A DNA stretch of 63,513 bases, the filler included, from Platydemus manokwari (taxonomy: Eukaryota): the NCBI GenBank assembly GCA_037951405.1. It is 5 parts of 5 records of this genome, joined end to end, with 100 filler letters (N's around TTAATTAATTAA, not from the genome) between each part and the next. Parts side by side here need not be neighbours in the genome. Positions count along the whole stretch, not along the records: positions 1 to 17,278 come from JBBMOY011108108.1; 4 more parts are not named here. One strand, written 5' to 3'. Under the pieces are notes generated by a model, which saw only the letters and a list, made by a program, of their open reading frames with translations, did no database searches and had not been told where the DNA came from. Below, piece by piece: positions 1-13,800 of this stretch (its first letter is position 1; each line of letters opens with the position of its first letter). Both the position numbers and the translations under genes were made by a program.

Positions 1-384
1 ATTAGTTAGGCACACCTGATTGTTCTACTGAAGGGATCTGATCGTCCACAATAGTGTCTTGTAGTTACATTTAAATTCGATTTATCAATAAACTTATTTT
101 ATCAAATTTGTTTATTATTGATTTTAATATTTTCAGGTAGACAAATATTTAACTAACATCTATATTTTAAATATTATTATTATTATAGTTTGAGAGTGAT
201 TTGAACACTTCCTGCGTAACTGATTGGAACAGATTCTGTTGGGAACCAAATCGCAACCTACCTTCATATTATATTTAAATCCGAACGTTATATCTTTATC
301 ATAGAATTGTAACACCAAAATTTCGTTTCAATTTCATTTACTTCTATCATATCTTACAAAACCCCAACATATATATATATATAT

Positions 385-1560
385 ATGCAAAGCAAACAAC
401 ATTCCTGTTTGTGGGACGCTTTTAACTGAAAAAGCCAGAAGAATTTAAGGCTTCAGGTTGGTTAACGGGATTTAAGACCCGGAATGATTTGAGATTTAGA
501 AAGATTTCTGGGGAAAGCGCATCAGTGAAGGACCCTGTAAAAAGTAAATGGATAGAATACGATCTTCCTAAACTACTTGAAGGCTATCCTATTACTGATG
601 TTTTAAATGCAGATGAGATGGGGTTGTTCTACAATGTGCTACTCGATAAGACCTTAAATTATAAGGGGGATACTTGTTATGGGGGCAAAATGAGCAAAGA
701 AAGAATCACTGTGTTGCTCGGTGCGAACATGGATGATTCAGAAAAATTGAAACCTTTGATAATCGGAAAATTTAAAAAACCTCGTTGTTTTAAAAACGTA
801 AATACTTTACCATGCTTTTATCGACATTCTAAAAATGCATGGATGAATTCAATAATTTTTAATGATTGGCTCGATATTTTTAAATAAAAGGATGAAGAAT
901 GAAAAAAGAAAAATTATACTTTTATTGATAAATGTCCTGTCCATTCATTATTAGAATTATCTAATGTTAAATTAATATTTTTTCCACCTAACTAGCTGCT
1001 TGCAACCTATGGAGCATAAAAATGAAATTACTTCTTCTCTCGACGATATTGAATCTTCTTGGAGTGTTTTACAGAGTGTCGTACCTAATTTGAAGTGTTC
1101 TTTTAATGATAATGTGAATGTAAATAATAACCTATTAACTTCAATAGTATTACCGGAAAATGAAATTATTGAAGTAGTTTTAGAACAAAACGAAAATTTA
1201 ATGAATACTACTGATTGCAGTCAATTAGCCAACAAGAACTTAACTACATTATTTATAAGCCACTTTAAAAGAAGTTAAAGATTCCTTTGAAATATTAAAG
1301 CAATATTTTCTTACATATGGAAGTAGTGAAGAAGAATATAAAGCTTATTTTACTTTGGAAAATGCATTTAACTTAAGATTTACGAATGAGATTAAAAAAA
1401 GGAAAGTCAAGATTTTTCAACAATTTAAAGTTAAATTGCTAGTTAAATAAATAATATATTGCCTTTTAATATTTTTGTTCTTTTTTAAAAGCATTTTAAC
1501 CGAAAATAATCAAACTCTGGTTGATCCGGACAGAAAATCCAGATTAACCAGAGTTTACTG
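385..1560 (+). mobile_element. pogo/Tigger-family DNA transposon remnant: decayed CENP-B-type HTH and DDE_1 transposase with right terminus
   Basis: ORF 489-887 has Tigger DDE motifs (VLNADEMGLFY, SKERITVLLGANM, KLKPLIIGK, NAWMNSIIF). The upstream frameshifted segment reads NNIPVCGTLLTEKA / ASGWLTGFKTRN (HTH_CENPB). The downstream frameshifted segment reads KRKIILFIDKCPVH...NVKLIFFPP...LQPM. The element ends ...CAGAGTTTACTG at 1560, followed by TA, with an imperfect 19-bp subterminal inverted repeat at 1512-1556. Confidence 0.9.
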
Positions 1561-3867
1561 TATTTAACTTTGCTGTTCTTAAAGCCAATTTTAAATTTAA
1601 TAACTTTCGCATAACTTTTATCTACTGTCAATTCTCAATTCAGAATTCTAATTCAGCAATCAATCTTTAAATTTTTTTTTATTTAAAATTTTTAAATTTC
1701 CATTCTAATTAATTTTCAATTTCCTTTGTTTTACTATTTCTATTTTATTCACTTTTCCAGCAGCATTTTAAAAATTTAGGTATTTTCAAGGTTTTTAATT
1801 ATTACTTATTAATTTTATTATTTCAAGTCAACTTCGATCTTATTAAGATTTTATAAGAATATTATTTATGATCAATTAATCTTTTGTTAAATATTTTGTA
1901 TTGATTCGTAAATTATTCAGTTATTGCTTTTTACCTATGAATTATTTGATTATTGCAGTATTATTACAGTATTAGGTTTTTAGAAATAATTTTATCCTCA
2001 CTTGGGGCATAAATTGTTAAATCGTAAAATAAAAATTCATCAATAAAATACAAATTAATACAATAAAAATTAATCCACGTGTAATACATATTGTCATGCA
2101 TAAAAATACAATTCTCATAAAAAATGGAACATAACGCCGTACAATATTTAGCTTGTAATTGCCACGGTTTTAACTTAAATAGAATATTTATAATAAACTT
2201 CCTGACTTCGTTTTATAAAATTATTAATAATCAATTCCTATTCGATTGGAAATTTTTAACGAAACTGTCCTAGCATAATTAAATTTAAATTTTTTTAATT
2301 TTCTTATAATTAACACATTATCTATTTAGGCCAATATCCAAATTCAAGCCAAAATCAAATACGACAAAAACTAAACAAGATCGTTAAGTGAGATCGCAAT
2401 CAAATTATAACTCGTCAGTGTCACTATCAAAAGGCAATATTTTATTCACTATACTTGGTTGAATTGATTTTTTTTTATTTAAAAATAACTTAAATGAAAA
2501 AATGACGTTATGACCACATTGTTTATTGTGATAAAATATTTTTAAATTGTATTTAATGCAAAGAAATTTTTTGCTTAGAAGTTAGGGTTAAGCAATCATT
2601 TTTCAATATTTCAAATTACATTTCATCCTATCATTCTAATCTTTTATCTTATTACCTTATATTTTCTTACTGGGTACAAAGACATGTCTGGGCAAGATAT
2701 GACTGGTTATACTAATCCTTGATCTAAGAAGTGACACGCCTAAAATAGATAGTAATGCATTATTTTCAATTCTGACTTAATACACACAGGTAATCAATTA
2801 GACATAGGTTTGGGTCTATATTTAATTAGTTGAGAAAAGTAATAATGATATTTAAGCAATGACCGAAAAAATGGATGATATTTTTCAAAAGCTGGCCAAG
2901 CGATCAACCCAGTTCCTTAGAATAACCATCACTTATAATCGAGACATTCCAAATAATAATTAAAACTTATAACCAATTGTAAAATGATGGTATATATGTA
3001 TGCAACATGTGCTATTAAGTACAATATCACTGTAGGAGTAAGATAAGAAAGATGAAGAGACCATATAAAATAATGATACGTCATAAATTAAAATGTAAAA
3101 ATATAAAATTAAATGCAATACAGTTCCACAAATCATCCCTAATCAATGAGGTATATGCTGATTAATAAAACACATTATTAAAACGATATAAAATACAAAT
3201 TTACAAGAAAAATGAAAATGTAAAACATAATTTTAATAAACGTTAAATGTAGCTATAGAGATTAATGTGATTGTTTATAAGAGTTTATCACTGGTTTAGG
3301 GTAATTCAAAACCGGTGCCGAACCGAAATCAATTGTGCTTATTCATTGTTTTGTTTTCGGATGGAGCACAACTGTGGCCATGTTCTTTGGATCAATTTCT
3401 GAACCCTTAATGAATTTTTCAAAAATAAATACTGACTCAGCTGACTGTAAATGAGATTGTTGAATTGCAGCTATTTTAAGCGAGTTGTATTAAATGAAAA
3501 TCGTTGTAAAATGATACATTTTATTTTTTTTATTTATCTAAGATTCGAAATGCATTGTTGTTTATACAACAAAATCTTAAAAATTATTTAATTATCGCTA
3601 AATATTTAACATAAGTTCCAATAGAGAATTTTTCAAATTTTCAAATATTAATTCCGATGAAAATGATTCCTGGAATTAGTGAGAAAATTTTTGTAAATAA
3701 AGCATCAGCCAAATCAAAATAAATAAATATGCAATAAACAATCCAAAGAGCGATATCAAGATAAAAGTAAGCAAAATTTAATTTAATTTTAATAAAAATG
3801 ATAAAACAATAGAATATGCTTAATTAATAAGTTTTACAAAAATTTAACTTTAGTAAAATTTAATCAT

Positions 3868-3968
3868 GGCTGAAATCTTAACAAGAATTCTAGAAAACTA
3901 ACAGCACAGATCTTAACAGAATTCTTGAAAATTTGAGCTGAAATATTAACAATGGAATTGTTGAAAAC
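3868..3968. repeat. degenerate tandem repeat, about 33 bp x3
   Basis: Recurring GCTGAAATCTTAACA(A)GAATTCT(A/T)GAAAA-like unit. Confidence 0.55.
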
Positions 3969-5676
3969 ATTAACTGAGAAAAACCACTTAAGAAAATTTT
4001 CTGCAATTTTAAAAAAACAAAATTTTTTAGGAAAATCAATCATATTTCAAACTCTACACGAAAGTTCAACAAAATAAAACTTATGAGATACATAAAATTT
4101 TGTTAAACGACCTCAAGGTCATCTGGAGAAAACAAATTCCGCATTTAAACGAAAAATATTTAATACTTTGTGAATAAAATTAGATATTATTCGAAAATAA
4201 ATCGAAAAGGGTCTATTCTTTAACACCAGCTATTGTATAATCTTGAGAAATTATAAAATCAGTTTGATTATATTAATATAGCTTATTTTTCAGCAAATTT
4301 ATCTTAATCGATCATTTAAAATATTAAATACATTTTAGGAATTTTTACAGTATTTATAATCTAAATATTATCAATATTATCAGCGAACACTGAAAGGAGC
4401 AGATGCTTTATGGAATTAAATCGCTTTCATCATTATATTCGGTATTAGATTAATTATCTACTGCTATCTTTTACTGTATATCGTAAATAACCAAGATTTA
4501 CGCATTGACTCAATTTTCAAAATAATATTATTCATTCAACTGAATAGGAAATGGATAACTAGCGAAATTTTGTCGTCTTAACCAAATTCCTCAAGAATAT
4601 TAAATATTAATAGTAATAGAGTTTAGGTGCAATGATTCCATATTTACAAAAAATAGATGTTTCAGTAAAAACAACCCAAAATTACAATCAAAAATCCAGG
4701 AAATATCACTTGGAAAGATATTCAAGCTGACAGTCATTACAACCTAAAACAAGTAGCCAATTATAGATTTCAAAATCAACAATCTTTGATGGGAGGACAG
4801 TTTTTAATTTAGTCATGTTAACAGAAAAGAATTAACCATCATATGCTCCAACAATAGGTGAAGAAAATTGTCCAATTGAAATATTTGAGCAGGACAAGAC
4901 TTAAAAAATTTGAACAAATAAAAATAAGTGCACAAATATTGATCAATACACATTGCAATTAAAGAGTTCCTAGCAGAAATTGCCAGTATTTTATGAGTAC
5001 ATCATCATTTTCATAAAAAATAAAACAGTTCATAATTTAGTTAGTTAATAATCTAACAATATCATTTATTTAAATTTATTTTAGACATACAGAAAATCCA
5101 GATTAACACAATACATCAATTACACAAACAAAAACAAACTATACCATAAGTTGAATCTTAGTATAAATTTTCAAAATTTTTGATCGGTAACTTTGTTTCA
5201 TTCTATCTTTTGCTTAAATAGTACACTTGTTATTTGTCGTTTGTTTCATGATTTTGACTTTGATTCCCATGTTTTTATATTGTATTTTTATGAAATTCTT
5301 TACTTTTTTTAATATTATGATTTAATAATAGTAACAATATGTAAGGAATCATAATCAATAAATGAAGCAAAGAAATAATAGTAAATGAAAGGGTAAACAA
5401 AACAAATAAGAGAAATTTTGCAATATAACAAATAAATTAATTATAATTTTTAAAATTATCAATTGTAATTACTAAATACAATAAAACCCAAAATTAGTAA
5501 TTACTAATCATCTAAATAGAATCACAAGAATTTAGAAAAATAGACTCTAAATTTAGTAATAAAAAACCAATTATAAGAAACAAAGGCATATTGGGATTCA
5601 ATAATCTAACCACTCAGAGTTAACCCAGAGAAAGACAATGTACAACAGGCGAAAAATGAATCATAACATAATTATC

Positions 5677-5820
5677 AAAATAGAATCAATAAATACAAAA
5701 ATAGAATCTATAATTACAAATATAGAATTAAAATAACTAGTTCACAAAAATAGAATAAAATAATTACATAAATAACAACAACTCTAAAAATAGAATTAAA
5801 TAATTATGCAAATAGAAATT
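5677..5820. repeat. degenerate minisatellite, about 22 bp unit (AAATAGAATyAATAAwTACA)
   Basis: About six AAATAGAAT-anchored units are visible by eye. Confidence 0.5.
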
Positions 5821-8800
5821 AAAAGATAAAAACCTACATTTAGAATCAAAACAAATGAAGTAGCAGAAAAACAGCATACATCACTCAATTGACAAATAAT
5901 TGCCAAAAAATTCATACCCAAAAATTAGACACTCAAGGCAGAAGCTAAAAAGTGAAAAGTCAATTACAGAACGATCACCTACAGTGGATTCATATTGCTA
6001 TAATTAAGAGGTGTACATAGCTCTACTTTCTCAAACCCGGCCAAACGATTCGGTATTAACTAATCAACTCTTCGTTTTATTTCCCATACTTTTTACTAAG
6101 TTTTTCTCCATTGTACGGTTAATCACCGTCCTGTGGATCGGTCTTTCTGGTGACGTAGCAAACTTCGTCAGTTCTTTATGCACACTAACTAAATTGTAAA
6201 TCACTTTAGTTGTTATTTGTTAATTATCTTTTTATAATGAATTTCCAGTTAATACATTTTTCAGGAAACTCAGTTATTCTTAATATATGTATACATAAAT
6301 AGTATTTATATTATTTCCGACATATTTGCGAAACGCAACAAGATCTTTGAAGTCAGATCGAAGCACGTAAAATCACACCCACACTCATCCCCGTAAAGAG
6401 AAATTAACAGACATGACAAAGTCAAAATTTGTCATGTTGGTACAGAATTTTACCTATATATAGATCAGTCAAATAAGGCTGCTTTTCAGTGAAATCGAGA
6501 CACAAAAATCTATCTGCACTAAATGTACTTAGACTCATCAGAAATTACTGTCACGAGAAATATAAACAGGAACATTAGTATTTCAACAAAAATTTAATTC
6601 AAAAATCAAGATACGTGTTTCACAACCACAGAATCAAATATCAATTTTCGCAAGGAAATTCATACCTCACAAGCAGTATTATCACATTCATCACAAGATA
6701 TTTCACATTAAGCGTTTAACCTCTTTCAAAATCAAATTTATAAAATGATAAATAATATTATCGTTATTGTTATTTTTTGCGCATTAATCTTCAACACTAG
6801 ATTCGTTGTGAACTACTAATCATCACAAAATCTGTTAAAATTTGTTGGGATCATACAATCAAATCTCGCAATTCTTTTTTATATCGAGAAAATGCCAGTA
6901 GTCCTCTCCGATGATTGTTCTTATCTTCAGGACACTATACATTTTTTGTTTATTTTAGCACAAGTTATTTTTTATTATTATTATATTCAATATATATTAT
7001 AATTTTAGTTTGTTATTATTATAGAACATGCAGCCTATTAATCTTTCAGCTGCCAGATCGTGGAATCATCAACTATCTGGTCTAACTCATATCACTAATT
7101 TACGGGATAATCATCGATAAATTTTTGTTGATTTATTCATATTCATCACCAAATTTATAACCCCACCTATAAAATTTCATCATTAGTTATAGTTAAAAGG
7201 AGATTCGAAAATCTCAAAAAGATACGACATTAAAATCGATAACTCGCATTGAAATCAAAATTCTAATGGAAATTCTTGGGATTAATAATTAAAATATTTG
7301 GCTTATCTAACCAACAACTAAATATTCGAACTCACATTAATTATAGTAGTATACATTTACCCAGTAGATAAACTCAATAGATACAAGAACTTTTACTCTT
7401 TGATTCCATGGAATTCTGTATTATCCAGTTATCATTCTTAACGTTATCTTATTTATCAAATCGTATTTAATATGTGGAATCAATGCATATGATATGCATC
7501 ATTTCGAAATCAAACGGATTATCGTAATCTTTGCTTATGCTAATAGGTGTTATGTAGCTCATTTGAGGACTACTGCTGAAGTAATAATAAGTTCTTTAAC
7601 AAAATCTAAATTGAAAAATAATTCAATTTTGGAATTTATGCTTAGCTTTTATATGTATTCTTAATCTGAGAGCTACTGTCCTGTGGTCGTAAAATTTATC
7701 TTTTCCGTCGAATAAGACACTTTTATAATATTGAGTTTTATGAAAGACCCGCAAGCCTTGTATAATGCATCTTATGAAGTGAAATATAGGATTTTCTATT
7801 TAGAAGTTATACAAATGAAATTTAATAAGATATTTTAATTTTAAAATGGCAAAGAATTTGCCATTCAAAAAATTTTGGCTTGGATTTCTCAAGCTAATAT
7901 TGAGTTACCTATGAAAAATGTCTATAGTCGAACCAATGGTAATCTCAGAAACATTGTAAAATTAAGTCTTTTACTTAAAAATTTAATGCAAATTTTCTCC
8001 ATACATAAGGATAAAATTTGTTATTAAATTGTTATAAAGACTATGGTGAAATACAGAGTTGATTCCAACGTTGAAAATAACAAATGACTTTAAAATTATT
8101 TAAAACAATAAATTTAAGCAATATATTCGAGTAATATTGATTGATATTTTAAAAATTAATTTTGAAAATAAAATGCTGAAAAACTAATAAACAGAATGGA
8201 AATAGAAATAGAAAGTGGAATTTACCAATTAAAATTGAGTAAAATTAGAATATTAGTACCTGTAATTACTTTATATGTGAAATAAATAGTTTTTTGCTGA
8301 ATTTATAGTATTTTAAATTATAGCATTGTAATTATGGGAGCTAAAATTATTTGTCCTCACAGATTATTTAGATTTGAACTCATTTAAAGTGTTGCGATTA
8401 GAATTAAAACCTAATTTAATAATCCAGCTTTGTTAAAATTCTATAATTTATGTATTATCTGTTATATATCAGATAAGATTCGTGATTTAACTAACAATCA
8501 GGAAAAGACGCAAAAATTGCAGATACAGATACAGAAAAGAAATCCCGGCCACGAAATTGTCGTTGGAATTAACGAGGTTAATTTCAATCGCATTTGTAAA
8601 ATTTAGGCTATCCCGGTTGTGGAAGGAACCTGGATCTACCGTTCCTCCATCCCAGTCAATCAAAAGATTATATAATGACGAATAGCAGACTATAATGTTA
8701 TTCTTCAAAAATGTAAAGTTAGAAGAGGAAAATACACAGATTTTCTTGGAAAAAATTATGACTTTACCGAGTTCTAATTAGGCTTTATATTCACTCATGC

Positions 8801-11800
8801 TGTAAATGCCTTCTACGTTGAGAATTTCAGTAAAAGAAATTAATATTAACTGAAATTTTGTAAATTGTAAAAAATTAATTTGAAATTATCTGAAAGATTT
8901 TTATTAGATTATTTTATCCAATTAAATTCAAGATAAATGTCAGAAAAATAATAAAATTTCTTGCATAGTTTCAAGCTATTGCAGGGCATTTGAAAACAAT
9001 ATCGATATACATTAATTAAATTTGAAACATTTTTTACATGTAAAAGAACGTAAAAACTACGCTCAGAATCATGTATATATCATAATGAAATTCAATATAA
9101 AAATACCCCACGACACTAAAATCAAAACAATAAACAACAACCAGTCATGTGAAGTACCTAAGTCAGCATTGTTTTTAAATCCTTAATAATTATTTACTAA
9201 AACAAATATGGAAATTACCCAAATGCCTATCTGATTAGAAAACAATCAAAAAATGAAAATCTTTAATATTTACATAAATGACTTGATTAAGGTATAAGAA
9301 ATTTTATGATAGTAATTTATAATGATTAGCTAATTTTTTTTACTTTATTATTTATAAATTCATGAAATTTATTATATTATTTTCAAATTTCTTTGTCATA
9401 GACATTAATTATACTAAAGACGTTGGTTTTTAGCTCTGACATAATTGGCAATATTTTAAAATTTTACATAAAACTAAGATAGAAAATACAAATTTTGAAA
9501 CCGTTACAAATTATAAATCGTTAAAAATAAAGGTAAAATATGCCATAATACATCTTAAATCGTTAAATCGAATCTCAAAGATCTTGTGTTTGAAATTGCT
9601 TGTATAGGCTTTTATTAAAACACTTTAAAAATGTGTCATGAATTTGACACTATTTTTAAAACTATTTTCACAAGCAGATTCTATAAATACAAAAACAAAT
9701 AACTTTACAGCGTTTATTGCGTATTTTAAAAATATTACAATAGATAAATAATTTATGCAAAAAATACATTTCAAAATGAAGAAACATAATTACAGAAAAA
9801 ATCAAATAAATATCTATCAGAATTTGAGCTAAAATACAATTTAATATTTTGAGAAAACTGAACAAAAATTTCCGATGAAATCTAAAGTTTAAGCAGCCAA
9901 TAGAAGCTATAAATACCAAAAATATTTATAAAATATAAATGTATTATTCCATAGATGACATTGCAATTCTTGCCAAATTCACACGTCTTTATGAATTTCA
10001 TTATGAAATTATTAGTACTTGTGAAAATACTGGAATTTACATTTTTTATAGACCAAATCATTATTTGCAATTACAATGAATAATCAGATTTGATAGAATA
10101 CATTCCATTATGCTTGCATGAATACAAAATAAATATCTTATCAGCTACATATCCTATACATAAACATCTTAAGAATTTTGATTTTTAGTTCCAGTAACTA
10201 AAAAATTGGCATACCAAAAATTATAAAACTGGATTTGTGTAATCAAAGTTAATATATAATATCTAGAGCTAGATCTTGGTATCCGAGCTTTTGTGTCAAG
10301 GACAAAAAATTCTATTTCTAGAAAAATCCATGGCATAAATTATAAAATAACAAATTATAATATTTTATTAAAATTTATATTTTCATTTAATTAGATATTC
10401 AAGATGAAATATTTGTAACTATTACAAAGGTTTTAATAACTGAAGATCAACTTGATTCAATACAAATTTAGCTGTTTTTAATCAATTATTTATTGTTATA
10501 ACACATATGAGACAACGGATTTCATCTCATGAGTCGTACTTCTTAAATAAATTCGAACTTGTGAAAATTCGAAAAAAGTAGAGAAAATGTTAACTTTCAT
10601 CATCAAGACATAAGAAAATAAAAATTAAGAAATTGATTAATAAATCAATTAATAAACATGCGCTTAAACTATGGACAACAAAGTTAGTACTATAGAGAAT
10701 AAAATGAATGAATTTTTATACTTCAATTCTCTTGTACCCAAATACCGAGAGTAAATAATTAAAAATTTTATTTTAATTAATAAGTAGTTATAAACGATAA
10801 TTAAACATCGATAACAAAATATTAAATATTGTTTAAGTTATTATCAATTATTAGAATCAATTCAAATAATTAAAATGCGTTCTTTGTAATAAAAAATTAT
10901 TACAATAATTTCGATGTATATCCAGAATATATTTCGAAAGCATTTTCAAATTTTAACATTAATTTGAATTTAAAAGTTTCAAAAATATTTATCATTTTTA
11001 TATTTTAAATCACAAATTTGTTTTGTAAAAAAATTCGAAATAATTACATATTTTTAATGGCAATTCGAATATCACATCAAAATTTTAATGTCATTTTTCA
11101 TTTACAAATTGGGATCCAAAATTATTTTTTCAATAAAAAATAATTGCTATAATTTTATTTCAATTCTCTATCTAAATTTGCTTTTATCTAAATATTTTAA
11201 TTCTCCAAATTCTCTTAGCATATATGCAAACTAGCATATACACAAATTCATCTTTTAGAGTTTTACCATTCTTCCAAACATGTTCCTTGACCGTAATAAT
11301 TATAAACTGTTTAAGAACTTTAATCAATGATATGAAGCAATAAGATTGACTTTATTTAATATTTCTTCGTTAAATTTTTTAACATCACACATTGAAATAA
11401 TAACATTTTATAACTGACATTGAATTTTTAAAACATTCAAATGTTCATTTTTTATTTAATAACCAATTCTATAAATTTAAGATGCAGCAAATTACAACAA
11501 ATTTTAAATTTTTAATCATCATTGCATCATTTTTTTCATAGAATTACATCAAATTATAATCGTGTACCTGTGATCTTAACTTCAGTTTTAATCACACTTT
11601 TACAACAGACTTCTTGTGTTCACTAAATTTTATTAGTTTAAAATAAACTCATAGTAAGTATTAACATTTTACCCGTTCTTCTAAATTAACAGTTGTTTTG
11701 TGCAGCCATTTTGAATTTATAATTTAAAATAATTTTTAAAGAAGCTTATTCAAACAAACCATGTATAGGAATATATATCTACCTACAAAAGGTATTTTTT

Positions 11801-13695
11801 ATAATGAACTTGAACTTCTATTATTGAAAAATAATGCAATTCATGATTTTAAAAATAAAAATTACTTTGAAAAAATGAAATTTATTAAAAGATATTATAA
11901 AGTATTCGTATAATTAAATTGAAAATATTTATGACTGAAACAATATCGAAAGATTATTTTGATACAAGACAAATTAAAAGTAATTTAAATCATCTTCATA
12001 TTTAAAATAACAGCTAAATTTATTTGATTGCGGGAAGACAATGAAAAACATACAAAGTTTAAAATGACCTGATTTCTTCATTAAGAAAAATGCTAGATCT
12101 CATTGAAAATGACTGGTTAATATTTTATGATCCCATATTCAAATGATTCAATTTAATCACATTTTATCAGTCGAGCAAATTTATTAAAAAATCTTTAGCG
12201 ATCTACAAAACCATTATAAGAGAACTTTTGTTTAATGACAAGAGGCCTTTGTGTATTAATTAAAATTAAAAGCTGGTTATGTACAATTATTGATTAACAC
12301 TAAGCTCAGTACTATAAGTTATTGTATTTATTCACCTATTATATTATCGTATGATTTGTCTTCATACCAACTTTATAAATATTATTAAATGATAATCTTA
12401 CATTCATTACCAAACATTACAGTTACAAGAAGCTAAGCTCAACTTTCCTAAGACCCATTTATTAGAAAATAGAACACAATTACAGACATTTATCACTACT
12501 ATCATCGCATCTATAGAAAATCTACCTATAACTATTGTCACATAAGTACCATACTCCATATACTTTTTCAGATATTTCCTAAATTTATTGTATTATTTTT
12601 TTTTGCTGATATTTATTGTCAGTCAATATGTAACGATTGTTTATTAATATTAATGTAGAACTCTCCATTCATACTGTGAAATAATTAATAAAATCATAAT
12701 TTCAGTAAACGAAATCAATAATAAAATCAAGTGTTCATTCAGGTTACATTGAATTGCTTTATTGTGACTTTATTTTCTCATTATTCTTTGCTTTAACTTG
12801 AAATATGTTGAGAAATAATCTTTTTCACCACCTTTCGTAAATGTACAATATTAAAATCCGTTATTGATATATCTCCCTTTCTTATATCGAATAATATAAT
12901 AAAAGTTCATGAGTTTATATAATGAAGTCTTTTATTATGTCTTAAATAATTCAAGTATTAAATATATTTGGTTTTGGAATGTTTTATCTTAACTCTTCCT
13001 GGTCCTAGAAAACTTCAGTAACTCGTTTGAAAACGAAATGACTGGAAAAATCATCTGAATTATTTAAAGATTTGAACCTTTATAAAATGATTATTAAAAC
13101 AAGAATTGATTGCCCGGTTTAGCAAATTTGTTTAACACCGAACTTACACAATAATTAATCAATATAAATGCTATTATTTGATAGCCATACAGAATAATAA
13201 TAAAAATGCTCAATATTAATAAGATTTATTTAAGAAATCAAAAATCGAACAAGAGGCAAAAGAACAAAAAATTGGCTAACTGCGCAAAGCACTGCTCCAG
13301 TAGACTGTTGCTAAATATCCACACAAAGAATCTCGGAAAAATCAAATGGAGGAGACCAAAAATAAAATAAAATCTTTTTCATCAATAGTTTCTATAATGT
13401 AAGAATCTTCGCATCTGCAGAACTAGTATATTCAATATTGTTTAGTTGGTGTGTACAATAAACTGCTCTGATGTTATCAACTGCCATATCTCTCTTCATT
13501 TTGAATTCTTTATTTATTATATAATAATTTTCATGTTTCTCCATCTAATGTCTAGTTACTACTTTAATTTGTTAATAAACTGCATTGTTTTATTACCATT
13601 TTTTATTTTTTTTATAAATCTGATAAAATTTTATTGTATTTGATTCATTTATTTGTTATACTCTTATTATTATTATTACTATTATTATTATTATA

Positions 13696-13800
13696 GTAAG
13701 CCGCTACTATTTTATAAAAAACGCATCGAAATCGAACTTAAAAGACTCGACATTCAATTCTATTCAAAAACAATTATTTAAACAAAATAAATAAAATTTA
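13696..13800 (+). repeat. dispersed repeat terminus, family C (LTR-end-like)
   Basis: AGCCGCTACTATTTTA...CGCAT...GAACT..AAAG matches 37150-37240 and the reverse complement of 19895-19998. Confidence 0.7.

Noticed and set aside
3330-3475. possible terminal exon on -
   Set aside because: Two short open frames with no recognisable motif and no partner exon.
7400-7430. short inverted similarity to 41456-41489 (shared IPWNQ word)
   Set aside because: Only a 12-bp and an 8-bp match with different spacing; too little to define a family.
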